A stretch of 64,000 bases of DNA, from the IMG/VR virus record IMGVR_UViG_3300035208_006521, positions 17,413 through 81,412 of that record; one strand, given 5' to 3'. Positions 10,070 through 20,314 of this stretch are shown here, piece by piece. A program made the position numbers and the translations under genes. Source of the DNA: a virus. Lineage: Duplodnaviria; Caudoviricetes. A model generated the notes under the pieces. It had not been told where the DNA came from and made no database searches. It was given only the letters and a program-made list of their open reading frames with translations. The number at the start of each line of letters is the position of its first letter. Position 1 is the first letter of the stretch.

Positions 10070-10555
10070 TTATACGGGTGCTGCCGTACCTGAATCAGCT
10101 TTTCTATCTCTCTTAAGAGCCAGGAAGCGCATGTTTTCTGTAACATAAGCGTTAGGTGAAACCTGTTCTCCGTTTGAAGCTACTACAACCCCTGAAAAGC
10201 TTCTTAGTGGTTTGCCTGTAGCGGTATTTTGAAATACCAATTGTTCAAACTCCCTACCCTTACCATCTTCTTGAACATCGTCTCTGTAAGGTAACAAATC
10301 TTCAATTGTTATTTCTCCTCCGTCTTTGTACAAAGTCGTGGTTTTTTCGGGTACGAATGTACTCATGGTTATGCTACATGTGTAGCCGTGGCTATCTAAA
10401 GAGATAGGTCCTAAATAATTAAGGACATTGCCAGGTTGTATGTTCCAATCTTCATCGTAACTTACTCCTGAAGCTAATCCTATGGCTTTCAATGCTCCAT
10501 CCACTTTGATCATTACTTGCACCCAAGCGCCACCTGCAATAAGTTTCTCTGACAT
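10070..10555 (-). CDS. Tail tube protein
   Basis: 161 aa directly after the sheath gene. Contains IGLASGVSYDEDW...NVLNYLGP. Confidence 0.8.
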   Translation of the reverse strand: MSEKLIAGGAWVQVMIKVDGALKAIGLASGVSYDEDWNIQPGNVLNYLGPISLDSHGYTCSITMSTFVPEKTTTLYKDGGEITIEDLLPYRDDVQEDGKGREFEQLVFQNTATGKPLRSFSGVVVASNGEQVSPNAYVTENMRFLALKRDRKADSGTAAPV

Positions 10556-10570
10556 TTTATTCCTCCTTTA

Positions 10571-12289
10571 TTATGCTCCAGTTATTGATGCATATACATG
10601 CATATGAGAAGTAACAAAGACAAAGTTTGTGGGAGGTGTCAAATTGGCATCATAGTCAATCTGAATAACATCTCCGTTTATTGTCTTTCTAAATCCCCAA
10701 TAAGGTGGATTCCCATTAAATATTCCCAAATCAAAATATTGGGAAAGTTTACCTTCAACTACTGCATCAACTTTACCTAGCATGGTATTTGACATAGCAT
10801 GCCCGATAAAAGTTTCTTCTACTGCAGTCCTCAAGTCCCTAGATGCAAATAGAGCTTCTCTTACCATGCTGAATTCACATCTTTGTAGTTCACTACCCTG
10901 ATACGTGGTAACTGTTCTCGCCGTAACAAATCTCCCGGCTTTGTTTATTATACCACAACATACTCCCCCGGCAATAAGTTTCTCGGCATCTGAGATTGAT
11001 AGTTTCTTTTCCCAAGATAATACGTCCACATCTTTATTCGTGGCGGGTTCGTTCAAGGATAGACACACCATTGCTCCTATCAACTTGGCTGCATAATAAG
11101 CCGGGCTGTAATCTTTCAACTTTGTAGCATCATCAAGGTCGAAATTTTTGAAACCAGGATAAGCTACTATCCCTGAATCTGAATTAAGATTCTGGGCCCT
11201 TGTTATAGCCTGCTCAACAGACTCGCCTAAAGCACCTCCAACTATGAATTGTCTTTCTGCTTTTCCTGTTTCTGAATTACAATCCACACAATGTTGTTTT
11301 ATCAGAGCATGAATGCCGGCAGATTCACTTGACGTACTGATGAATTGGATATCCTCTTTTTTTGCCATTGCGAGTGATTCTTCCCATTCGGGATTACCAT
11401 AAGCGCCATGTACTGCCCCGGAGAGATATACAAAATTGGCATTGTTATCAGGCAATATTCTCTCTGTTATTGAAGAATGAAGCTCAGCTGAAACCCATGA
11501 GCTCCTATTGTAAACATCAAGAAGCGCCTGCAGATTGCTTGTTACCATATAAGAAGCTGTCTTTATATCCTGAGGAGATACACTGTCCAATTCCGCTGAT
11601 TTATCGCTTCCGATAAACGTGCTCATAGAGCATGTATAAGAAGGATGGGAACTAATAAAATCAACAATCTCCTGAATTGTAGGAAATTCCAAGAATGATA
11701 AGGATAAGTTATCTTCTTCGGCTCCTGTAACAACTACATCCAGACTGTCCTGATCTATAGACATAACAGCCGCACTACCAACTCCCATATATTGGATTTG
11801 AAAACTGTTTTTGCCTACATTGTCGTAGACTTCAGGCGTCTGACTCTTATACTGTATTGTTATCTTCTTACCTGATACTGTTCCGGCTTCTTGTTTCTTC
11901 CTGATTTGATTTGATGCTGTACCAAATATCCTGGAAGTTATTGATATAATCGGATCCGTGGAATTCATATCCATATATTCCGATTGTGTACCGGGATTTA
12001 CTCTACAAGCCCCTATCTTCTGAGGTCTTAAATCCCCACCCGGACTAAATGCATGTCTTACTGCTTCAAGCAATTCTCCGGAGATTAACACATCTTTGGC
12101 TTCAGAGGCATTTCCAAACCATAATATTTTATTTGGTTCCCCGCCTCTGGCTTCCCCAAAGATAACAGCATTGTTGATGCTGACCAAGCCATTGTTGTTT
12201 CTAACATAATCTATCCTGGAATAAGCTCCAGGAAGAAGATGCTGAGTGGCTCTGCCGGCACTAGAAAATGTTGCCGCTTTGACTCCCAT
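10571..12289 (-). CDS. Tail sheath protein
   Basis: 572 aa. N-terminal PGAYSRID..GEARGGEPN; C-terminal sheath domain ending PPTNFVFVT. Confidence 0.9.
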   Translation of the reverse strand: MGVKAATFSSAGRATQHLLPGAYSRIDYVRNNNGLVSINNAVIFGEARGGEPNKILWFGNASEAKDVLISGELLEAVRHAFSPGGDLRPQKIGACRVNPGTQSEYMDMNSTDPIISITSRIFGTASNQIRKKQEAGTVSGKKITIQYKSQTPEVYDNVGKNSFQIQYMGVGSAAVMSIDQDSLDVVVTGAEEDNLSLSFLEFPTIQEIVDFISSHPSYTCSMSTFIGSDKSAELDSVSPQDIKTASYMVTSNLQALLDVYNRSSWVSAELHSSITERILPDNNANFVYLSGAVHGAYGNPEWEESLAMAKKEDIQFISTSSESAGIHALIKQHCVDCNSETGKAERQFIVGGALGESVEQAITRAQNLNSDSGIVAYPGFKNFDLDDATKLKDYSPAYYAAKLIGAMVCLSLNEPATNKDVDVLSWEKKLSISDAEKLIAGGVCCGIINKAGRFVTARTVTTYQGSELQRCEFSMVREALFASRDLRTAVEETFIGHAMSNTMLGKVDAVVEGKLSQYFDLGIFNGNPPYWGFRKTINGDVIQIDYDANLTPPTNFVFVTSHMHVYASITGA

Positions 12290-12304
12290 AATTTTTTCCT
12301 CCTA

Positions 12305-13036
12305 TTATGGATTGTGAATGTTTTCTTTATAATGATCTACGGCTTCTAATACGCCGACGTCACTATCTATTATATATTGTCTGGTGGAAAAATCTACATC
12401 AAATCTTAAAATTCCTCCAAACAACATTTTTCCAAAATCATAATTAAAATTACCCCCCTTTTGTCCTCTAATACTTCCTTCTACTACTACTATATTATAT
12501 TTATCCTTTATTGTAAATCTTTTTTCTCCGAAGAAGAAATTTACCATCAAATCAAATATTCTATTCTTTATAATCATATTCTCGTCCCAAATTTCCATTA
12601 CCATATTAGCTGTTCTATATTTTGTATATCCGGTGGCTAATATTTTATTTCCTGGGGCTTCGTTCACCATATCTTTCAATATTAGTAAATCATCATCTGA
12701 AATTATATATAGTTTTTTTCTCAAATCCGTATTTTCTATTTCTGATATTTCAGAAATAGTTATTGTATTCTCTTCTGGATTAACAGGCATTTCCAATCTT
12801 GCGTTATTGCCATCACTTTCATTCACTAGAGTAATTGAAGGGAATAAACCTGTTGGCATATTACCTCCATTTACATTCTGATCTAGAACGTAGGCCATTG
12901 GATGTATGCTACTTATCTTTATATTGCCAAAATTCTTGTATATCTTTTGGAATTTTATTTCATTCATGAGATAATTCTTTATTTCATCAATGAATATTTC
13001 CTCAACGTCTGGTACTGCGCTTATTATGTATCTCAT
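12305..13036 (-). CDS. Tail completion / terminator protein
   Basis: 243 aa, immediately upstream of the sheath gene. Confidence 0.5.
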   Translation of the reverse strand: MRYIISAVPDVEEIFIDEIKNYLMNEIKFQKIYKNFGNIKISSIHPMAYVLDQNVNGGNMPTGLFPSITLVNESDGNNARLEMPVNPEENTITISEISEIENTDLRKKLYIISDDDLLILKDMVNEAPGNKILATGYTKYRTANMVMEIWDENMIIKNRIFDLMVNFFFGEKRFTIKDKYNIVVVEGSIRGQKGGNFNYDFGKMLFGGILRFDVDFSTRQYIIDSDVGVLEAVDHYKENIHNP

Positions 13037-13839
13037 TTTGATAACCCCAAATCTTTTCTTAATCCGTCTGCTATCATATCTTCTATTATCTCCTTAGTAT
13101 TTTCACCAACACTACGTGTAATATGTTTGCCCGTGGAACCAGGATGAATCCACTTATGTCCGGGACTATTTTGTGATATAACCCTGAAAGTTACATACTC
13201 GGTTCTGACTGAAGCGGGTGTTGACACATCAAAGGCTAACATCCCCTCCAAATTTTTTACCCCTGTACCTGTTATCCTGCTACCATATTCATAACTTTTT
13301 CTTGGTATCAATTCTCCCTTATAATTTTTTTCTACTTTTCTTCCCTTTACAACATGACTTAATTGTATTTGGCCCTCTTTTATCCCTGTTCTTATAGCAT
13401 TATACACTTGCTCCGGCATAGCTGGGTAACTTTTTGTACCTGGTGCTCCATGACGGAAAGGAACTATCAAATAAGGAACACCATCTTTTGACATTCTTGA
13501 TCTGCTCCCAATAGTATGAGTCTTTTTCATATCATAAGGTTCCGTACCATTTTCTATATATTCCGCATAATGACTATCACTGTATATAAAATAGTTAAAA
13601 GGTGATAACATTCTCTCTTTAATAGATTTGGCATAAGACCCTGTTGGTTTATCCACTTTGTTGGGATTATTTTTCATTTCTGCACCAAGAGCATAACATT
13701 TCCAGGTATAAGCTATCAAGGAAGAAGACATTTTAAAAGCCTTATAAGTATTTGGCATGATTCTACTAGATACCATTTCCAGGGAATTAACTAATTGGCC
13801 TAGACTTTCATCTTCAGGAGTTATTGCTATTTTTATCAT
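13033..13839 (-). CDS. Neck / virion morphogenesis protein
   Basis: 268 aa. Contains YAEYIENGTEPYDMKK..YLIVPFRH and FRVISQNSPGHKWIHPG, resembling Twort/SPO1-like neck genes. Confidence 0.6.
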   Translation of the reverse strand: MIKIAITPEDESLGQLVNSLEMVSSRIMPNTYKAFKMSSSLIAYTWKCYALGAEMKNNPNKVDKPTGSYAKSIKERMLSPFNYFIYSDSHYAEYIENGTEPYDMKKTHTIGSRSRMSKDGVPYLIVPFRHGAPGTKSYPAMPEQVYNAIRTGIKEGQIQLSHVVKGRKVEKNYKGELIPRKSYEYGSRITGTGVKNLEGMLAFDVSTPASVRTEYVTFRVISQNSPGHKWIHPGSTGKHITRSVGENTKEIIEDMIADGLRKDLGLSK

Positions 13840-13895
13840 TTTCTACTATTTCCTGTTGTTTTTAAACTTTCAATTTTGCTCACCGTGCTTTCAAT

Positions 13896-15005
13896 CTAAT
13901 AGATGTTTTGTTGGCTACTAACCATTGCCATTTGTGGTCTTATGTTTGCTCTTTCTTCGACATCCCATTTCTTTAATGTGAGTTTTTTCGGTAATATTTT
14001 ATCTTCTGAATATCTTAAATTCGGAATATCATCATCAACCCTATAAGTTGGCGAATATGTGAAGGAAAGAGAAAAATTGCCGTGTGGCTTTCTGCTGTTC
14101 CATAATATTTCATTATTTCTTATTATCTTAGCATCCTCTATCAGTCCCAAATCATCTTCTATTCTTAATATTTCTCTTGCCTTGAAAACCGGGAGTCTAT
14201 ATGGTTCATTTAGTTTGCCAACTATGGACATTCTTTGTACTGGCTTTAATAGAGTAATAGTATCAGAACTACCCATGATATATTCCCCCGGGATTGTTAT
14301 TTGCATTTCTCCTGTTTGATTCAAGAGCATTCTTTCATGTTTTTGTTTCATTGTCAAACCCTGCAAGAGAAATTTAAAAGGCAGAAGATAAGTGCACTTT
14401 ACTTCTATATCGTCATCTTCAGTCATGTTGGAGTCTGTGAGTATCATATTGTCCCAAATATCCAATACATTCATTTCATTTCCACGAGTGTTATTTCTAG
14501 CATACTCCACCTTTATTATTTCCCCCAAAAATTCACCTTCTTCACTACTTATTGGTGGAATATTTACTCTTATTATTCCCCTTTCTTCGCAAATACCTTG
14601 ACCTGTAAAACTATTTCTTAAATCCTGTTTATATTCTACAATATATTCTTTTCCTGGTATTAAACTGCTCCTGAGTACGATTCTTGATCCATTAAAGTCT
14701 TGATAGGATAATGTGTTGTCGTCTACTATTATTTTATTTATAGAATAAATCTTACCTGTAGTAGTTATGACACTTCCGCCTTTGGAATATCCTGTTTCTT
14801 TTCGTGTTACATATTCTATGGGATAAAGAATAAAACCTCTTCCAAAACATTTTTTACATGCAGGATCGGCTATTCCTCTTTCACCTATACAATAACAAGG
14901 AATACCACTTTTCCATCTAACATATTGGCCTTGTCTAATTATAGCGGAATCATATAACTCTTTGTGCTGTTCGATACCTTTTAGATTTTCTACTGAAATT
15001 TTCAT
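13896..15005 (-). CDS. Head-closure / neck protein with Cys cluster
   Basis: 369 aa. Contains RQGQYVRW..IPCYC...ACKKCFGRG. Confidence 0.6.
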   Translation of the reverse strand: MKISVENLKGIEQHKELYDSAIIRQGQYVRWKSGIPCYCIGERGIADPACKKCFGRGFILYPIEYVTRKETGYSKGGSVITTTGKIYSINKIIVDDNTLSYQDFNGSRIVLRSSLIPGKEYIVEYKQDLRNSFTGQGICEERGIIRVNIPPISSEEGEFLGEIIKVEYARNNTRGNEMNVLDIWDNMILTDSNMTEDDDIEVKCTYLLPFKFLLQGLTMKQKHERMLLNQTGEMQITIPGEYIMGSSDTITLLKPVQRMSIVGKLNEPYRLPVFKAREILRIEDDLGLIEDAKIIRNNEILWNSRKPHGNFSLSFTYSPTYRVDDDIPNLRYSEDKILPKKLTLKKWDVEERANIRPQMAMVSSQQNIY

Positions 15006-16120
15006 CCTGTTATCATCCCCATATTTATATTGGAATATTTTGCCCTGTTCCTGTTAATAAAATCTTTTATCAAATCAAGATATTGTTTTACTCTTGCCCC
15101 ATATAAAGTAGAACTACTTGACTGAGTCAAGCTTATGGATTCGGATAAACCATCAAGGCCAACTGAAGTAGATGCGAGCCCCGGATGTTTTCCTCCTCCG
15201 GCATATTCTAGAACATAAACAGAAGCCAACAGGCCAATTGCATTTCTTAAGTCGCTCGGAATATAGTCACTATTTTTATATCCGGTGGTATAATCTATTT
15301 TAAAAGCCTGTGGAAAATCTCCTGAGAATAATTGTGGAGCCACTGCCATTAAACCATTTCCAACATAGCCTTTTCCAAACAAAGTTGAACCTTTAGGATA
15401 AATATGAATTTGTCCTGATTTTTTATACATTCTTATCCAGTCTAATATCTCGAGCACTAAAGTATTCCAGGCTGAGTAAAAACCGGCTTTTTCTATAGAT
15501 AATAAAGGCCTGTGTCTCAATTGTAAAAATCCGTAATTAACCCATTGTATCTTTTTGAAGTCATAAGCATCTTCTTCATCCGTATAATCCACTCCTTGCT
15601 GCCATTGTGGGGCCTGGACAAGAAGCGGGTCTGGTTCTGTTTTTCTTATTTTTATCCTCATATCCATGTCAAAATATTTTTCAAACTGTTCCAAGGCTAC
15701 TTCTATCTGGTATCTTAATTGCTGATCTGTTACTGAATTCCCATCCTGTGTTCTCAAATCCAATCCCATGAGATAAGTATGTCTTATATCGTCTGCTGTT
15801 AAAGCTTCCCCCCAAGTTCCTTTTGGTGGCGAATAATTTCTGAAAGTATATCCTATCTTGTCCTCTGTACCCACTCTGAAGGCTTCTGAAAATTCAGAAT
15901 ATGTCATTGTTTCTGAATTATAAAAAGCGCTCTTGTACCAACTAGAAGAAGTTCCCTCCTCGTCATAATATATATATGTGTCCCTACCTGGTTGTAGCGG
16001 TATTAGAGCGAGTTGTGTATATGTACCTGTTTCAGTAGCCGCTCTTTGTATAGATATTTGGTCCCATTTATCCAAAATCTCTGGGATTTTATCTAATTCT
16101 ACATCTATTGTAATTTTCAT
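15002..16120 (-). CDS. Head-tail adaptor (neck) protein
   Basis: 372 aa. Contains LRHRPLLSI, IDYTTGY, GLASTSVGLDGLSESIS. Confidence 0.7.
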   Translation of the reverse strand: MKITIDVELDKIPEILDKWDQISIQRAATETGTYTQLALIPLQPGRDTYIYYDEEGTSSSWYKSAFYNSETMTYSEFSEAFRVGTEDKIGYTFRNYSPPKGTWGEALTADDIRHTYLMGLDLRTQDGNSVTDQQLRYQIEVALEQFEKYFDMDMRIKIRKTEPDPLLVQAPQWQQGVDYTDEEDAYDFKKIQWVNYGFLQLRHRPLLSIEKAGFYSAWNTLVLEILDWIRMYKKSGQIHIYPKGSTLFGKGYVGNGLMAVAPQLFSGDFPQAFKIDYTTGYKNSDYIPSDLRNAIGLLASVYVLEYAGGGKHPGLASTSVGLDGLSESISLTQSSSSTLYGARVKQYLDLIKDFINRNRAKYSNINMGMITG

Positions 16121-18039
16121 TATTCCGCTCCTTCTATCTTAGGTGATTTGTATTTTGTGATATTCATTTTAATATATCCAAGGACTTTTTCTTTTATGAA
16201 ATTTATAAGATATTCATCCGTAAACTTTCCTCTTTCTATTAAAGACACTCTTGAAAATAGTTGTTTCAATTCATCAGAAGAAATAGCAACATCTTCTATA
16301 ACAAACTTAATCAAATTTCTTATTTCATCGGAAGAATATATTTCATCAGCCACAAGCAAGGATGTTACTACCATATGTAATATGGCTTCATCCGATCCAA
16401 CTCCGTTATCAGATTCAGACAATAAACTCCTTGTAAAAATTAAATCTTCCGAAAAGCCTGGATCGTAAATGAATATTCTTGCATCTTCGGGACCTATAGG
16501 TAAAGAAATAAAATCCGGTGTTTCAGAAGAAGTAAATATATCATATATAACTGCTTTTATAACTAATTCTACAAAGTCAATACCAGAAAAACTATCCAAG
16601 ACATTCATTCTCTTTATAAAGTTTAATATATCACTTCCTAAAGCTGAGTCTTGGGATATTATTTTCATCAATAAACCGTAAATCAAATCTTGCATAGAAC
16701 CAGATTCTTCTATTACTTTATTCATCAAATATGAAAATATATCCTCAGAAATTCCATTATCTGCGATGGATGTTCTCATTTTTTTTAATACATTGTCTGT
16801 AGAGTTTATAACATCATCAACGTCCATTTTTCCTTTTAATATTATTTCATCATTACCGGCAAATAGGTCGACAATCATTATTTTAAGGAAAGGAGAAATT
16901 ATTTCCATAACAGAAGAAGAATCAGCCACAACTATTAGCTTTGATATAATATCCGCTAATTCAGAAGAAATTCCATTTTCTCCAACTTCTTTTTTATCCA
17001 CTTTCAAAATAGATTCTAATGAGTTTGCTATATCCTGTACTACCTTTCCATATAAAATAGATTGAACACTATCCTGGCCTATTCCTCCTTCCTGTGCTTC
17101 AATAATAAGTTTAGCACTAGCGGCTAATAATTCCAGGGCATGTATTATTTCTGGGATTAAAATTATGTAAATTCTTTCTATCTCTTCCCCAACTGATAAT
17201 GCAATTGAGTCAGTGAGAGATAAGTTGGCTTTTAGAGCAAATGAATCAATACCGAAGGAAGTTTCTCCTGTTTGAATAAAAAAAGTTTTTTTCCCTAAAC
17301 TATAATTTCTAAATATTGAACCTGGGTCGTGGCCTATTATATTTAATTCCTGTACATCTAATTCCCTATTCCATATATACATAAACTGCATACAACCACC
17401 AAGCGCTCCTGGCATTCCTCCGGGGTCTATAGTATTTATAAACATATTACCGCTTGCCGATAATAATTGGGAATTTGTATTATTTTTAAAATTTCTACTA
17501 TTTAAAATAAATCTAAATCTCTCAATACTGTGGCGGTTATAACTAGTGGCGGCTATTATTTTTTTATTTTTTCCATCAAAAGAATTACTTGGAATATCAC
17601 CGTTGCCGGAACTAATTACAAAATAACTATTTAGGTCTATGTTGCTGTATTCTTCGCCTTTGCTCCAATAATGGCTATATATAAATCTACGGGAATAATT
17701 CCAATAATAGAAACTGCCATAAACTGCGTCCGCTTCATCAGGATATACTTTATCAAATATAAAACCTATAAGTAGGGTCCAAATACTAACATTACCTAAT
17801 TCAGCTTCTGATGGCCCTTCTATTCCTTGGGTATAATCAAAAATATTCGGACTATGTAGACCAAACTGTGTCCAATAACAACTATTTATTGGATATAATC
17901 TACCAACAGCGTGATCGTATACATTTCTACTTCCATATTCATTTAATGGTAAACAGACAATAAGCCCCCTGCACATTGGGTTATTTCGATTGAGTATCGT
18001 CCCCCTGTCGGGCTTTCTATAAAGAGATTCAATTTTCAT
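16120..18039 (-). CDS. LamG/concanavalin-A-like domain virion protein with a repetitive C-terminal stalk
   Basis: 639 aa. The N-terminal ~245 aa end in FMYIWNRELDVQEL (LamG-like). The C-terminus has ~20-aa acidic/hydrophobic periodicity. Confidence 0.6.
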   Translation of the reverse strand: MKIESLYRKPDRGTILNRNNPMCRGLIVCLPLNEYGSRNVYDHAVGRLYPINSCYWTQFGLHSPNIFDYTQGIEGPSEAELGNVSIWTLLIGFIFDKVYPDEADAVYGSFYYWNYSRRFIYSHYWSKGEEYSNIDLNSYFVISSGNGDIPSNSFDGKNKKIIAATSYNRHSIERFRFILNSRNFKNNTNSQLLSASGNMFINTIDPGGMPGALGGCMQFMYIWNRELDVQELNIIGHDPGSIFRNYSLGKKTFFIQTGETSFGIDSFALKANLSLTDSIALSVGEEIERIYIILIPEIIHALELLAASAKLIIEAQEGGIGQDSVQSILYGKVVQDIANSLESILKVDKKEVGENGISSELADIISKLIVVADSSSVMEIISPFLKIMIVDLFAGNDEIILKGKMDVDDVINSTDNVLKKMRTSIADNGISEDIFSYLMNKVIEESGSMQDLIYGLLMKIISQDSALGSDILNFIKRMNVLDSFSGIDFVELVIKAVIYDIFTSSETPDFISLPIGPEDARIFIYDPGFSEDLIFTRSLLSESDNGVGSDEAILHMVVTSLLVADEIYSSDEIRNLIKFVIEDVAISSDELKQLFSRVSLIERGKFTDEYLINFIKEKVLGYIKMNITKYKSPKIEGAE

Positions 18040-18406
18040 TATGAAGCCTTTCTATAATTTGCATGTACTGTTATAGTATCCGTTGTACCACTCGATCTAA
18101 CACCAAGACGTATTTTATATTTGTTGAATATAGCATAAGATTTTTTATTTGGGTCTTTGGCGGCCCCGAACATATCCTCATAATCTATTTCATCAACAAA
18201 AAAAGCAGTATCGTCCCAATTTCGGAAGAATCATCTAAAGTTGCATAAAAGGATACAATTAGTGTATCCGTGGGGGTTGCTGGAAAATCAGCCTCCACTT
18301 CTACCTCCGCTCTTTCTGATGGTTCTAGAGAAAATGGTGATGAAAAAACTTCTGTATTTGTTACTGCCGCCGATGCTATTATGGATGTTTTACTTCCCCA
18401 AGCCAT
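18039..18406 (-). pseudogene. Small virion protein interrupted by a 1-nt deletion (or a sequencing error)
   Basis: Frame 1 stops at 18185. The -1 frame continues NWDDTAFFVDE...HANYRKAS to a TAA at 18039-18041 that overlaps the next ATG (TAATG). Adding one A at 18220-18222 gives a 122-aa ORF. Confidence 0.7.
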
Positions 18407-18407
18407 G

Positions 18408-18653
18408 TTATTTTTCCTCCGTATGATTTTTTAATTCTACTATTTTCTGGCCTACTTTTGCGGCAAGGCCTAAACCTAACATTGTTCCTATCAGACCCGT
18501 TATTCCCGATATCTCTATATAACCGTTGTTAAGCACTTTAATAGCCCATACAACAGTCACTGTGAGGGCTATTATCAGAGCTACAATCACAACCAGGAAA
18601 GATGCTACTCTCATCATTGATGATTGAGAATCCATCCTTATAAAATCCATCAT
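18408..18653 (-). CDS. Putative holin (2 TM helices)
   Basis: Two hydrophobic segments and a charged C-terminus, directly after the endolysin. GGAGG RBS before ATG 18653. Confidence 0.55.
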   Translation of the reverse strand: MMDFIRMDSQSSMMRVASFLVVIVALIIALTVTVVWAIKVLNNGYIEISGITGLIGTMLGLGLAAKVGQKIVELKNHTEEK

Positions 18654-18654
18654 A

Positions 18655-19287
18655 TCAACCTCCGAGAATAATTTCTGAGGAATCTTTAATGTCAAATAAT
18701 TCTTTATGATCAAACAACATATATGAGAATGTTGTGTTTTTATTTTTCTTATATTTATTACTGGAGATAATAATATCCATAAATATCGAAAAATCTTTCC
18801 ATTCTTTAGTTACCTGACACCCGGCACTCCAAGGGCCTATATCTTCTACTCCTTCGATTTTACCAGTACCATGGAAATTTATTCCGAAATATCCTTTATA
18901 TATTTTCTCTTTACCGTTAAACAACCCGTCCTTGTTTGAATCTCTCCATATTTTTATAGTATTGCCGGTTTGAACAAGGGCCTGATGTTCACTTCTTTTA
19001 CCTTTACTATGAGTTCCTACCTGCCATATTGCACGATGATATCCCAAACAAACATGGGCGCATCCTAGACTATTCATAGGACTTAGAGTATAGGCCCAAG
19101 AAGGGTCTGTTGTGCCTTTAGCCATCAAAACTTTCCCCTCTTCCAGGGTCATACCTAGGATATCGTTGAACTTACTTTCCTTTTGATTTTCTTCCCAACG
19201 AATTCCAAAGATGTTAGGGCCTTGTTCATCATACTCTAAACCTCTTTTGGTGTACTCTTTTCTTAAATCAAAATCCCTGGTTATCAT
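18655..19287 (-). CDS. Putative endolysin, YkuD/L,D-peptidase-like
   Basis: 210 aa. GINFHG...DIGPWSAGCQV matches the His...S-x-G-C catalytic pattern. Adjacent to a holin-like gene. Confidence 0.6.
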   Translation of the reverse strand: MITRDFDLRKEYTKRGLEYDEQGPNIFGIRWEENQKESKFNDILGMTLEEGKVLMAKGTTDPSWAYTLSPMNSLGCAHVCLGYHRAIWQVGTHSKGKRSEHQALVQTGNTIKIWRDSNKDGLFNGKEKIYKGYFGINFHGTGKIEGVEDIGPWSAGCQVTKEWKDFSIFMDIIISSNKYKKNKNTTFSYMLFDHKELFDIKDSSEIILGG

Positions 19288-19297
19288 TTTTTTCTCC

Positions 19298-19834
19298 TTA
19301 AGACAGGCTTATCTGCAACGTTAATTCCCAAGTATCCCCTGCTTGTTTGGTCCCTTTTGCTGTGACTTTCCTATTAAGATTAACCGATGCATCACTGGAG
19401 CCGTTTGCTACTGTGAATTCTTCCCAAGCAAAGTTTGCTTCAGAACCTCCGAAGGTTGCTCTCCATACTGCCATCTGGGAAGTGCCAAATGTTGGAAAAC
19501 CTGTGTCCATCGGCTTATAAAGTTTGTTTGTTGTTGCTTGAAGTCCCGTCTGAGATGCTGATTCTGCGGCATTTGAATCTCCAACTCCCAAATAAGCGTT
19601 GGTTGCATCAAATTTTATTCCACTAGAACTACAGAGTACCGTAAACAGCTCATTAATCCCCTCATTCAGCAGAAGATTGAAATCCCAACGACGTTCTTCA
19701 TAAGGATTCCCCACTTTTTCTCCGTGCCATTTACGTATTCCCCAACTGGCTTTCATTTTGCCTTTATCCAAGGAAGATATTCCCATGGCAGAGGCTAGGG
19801 CTTTTATGAGTTTTTCTTTTAATTCTTCTTTCAT
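19298..19834 (-). CDS. Virion structural protein (beta-rich)
   Basis: 178 aa. Contains NLLLNEG, YLGVGD, ATFGGSEANFAWEE, a common phage structural pattern. Confidence 0.55.
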   Translation of the reverse strand: MKEELKEKLIKALASAMGISSLDKGKMKASWGIRKWHGEKVGNPYEERRWDFNLLLNEGINELFTVLCSSSGIKFDATNAYLGVGDSNAAESASQTGLQATTNKLYKPMDTGFPTFGTSQMAVWRATFGGSEANFAWEEFTVANGSSDASVNLNRKVTAKGTKQAGDTWELTLQISLS

Positions 19835-19980
19835 TTATACTCTTCTCCCTTGTTTTCTTTTTCATTTAGTTTAGCCGACACTTTGTCGGCATATTCTAAA
19901 TATTTTTTTGCTTCTTCTTCGCTCATAGAAACCTCTCTCAGAGATTTGGCTATGGGATCGAAAATTACATACTTTTTCAT
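19831..19980 (-). CDS. Small hypothetical protein (49 aa)
   Basis: Manual translation MKKYVIFDPIAKSLREVSMSEEEAKKY...; fills the gap and its stop overlaps the next ATG. Confidence 0.55.
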   Translation of the reverse strand: MKKYVIFDPIAKSLREVSMSEEEAKKYLEYADKVSAKLNEKENKGEEYK

Positions 19981-19981
19981 G

Positions 19982-20305
19982 TTAACTACCCCATACAATG
20001 ATATTTACTGATGCTCCCGCTACATCCAGACAACTAACAGAAAGGGCTGATAAACTATTCAATTCGGTGAATAGAGTCTTTGCTACTGCTAAATCCGCTC
20101 CGCTGTTTAATTTCACACTGATTTGTTTGTCAGTGGAAATATACAGGGCTTTTATAACTCCTAGACCCGTTAGTGGAATAGAAACTTCACCATCCGCATT
20201 TTTTATGTTTTTGGTAAAAACTCCCCTATAGTTGAATACTATAGAGGAGTTGTTTATCGAAGTATCTATCATAGGGTCTTTTAATGCGACCGAATAATAT
20301 AGCAT
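19982..20305 (-). CDS. Hypothetical virion protein
   Basis: 107 aa beta-rich ORF within the head operon. Confidence 0.55.
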   Translation of the reverse strand: MLYYSVALKDPMIDTSINNSSIVFNYRGVFTKNIKNADGEVSIPLTGLGVIKALYISTDKQISVKLNSGADLAVAKTLFTELNSLSALSVSCLDVAGASVNIIVWGS

Positions 20306-20314
20306 CTCGTTCTC

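Noticed and set aside
16120-18039. Diversity-generating retroelement target in the LamG-like gene or tail fibre
   Set aside because: I found no template/variable repeat pair differing at adenines and no reverse transcriptase in the window.
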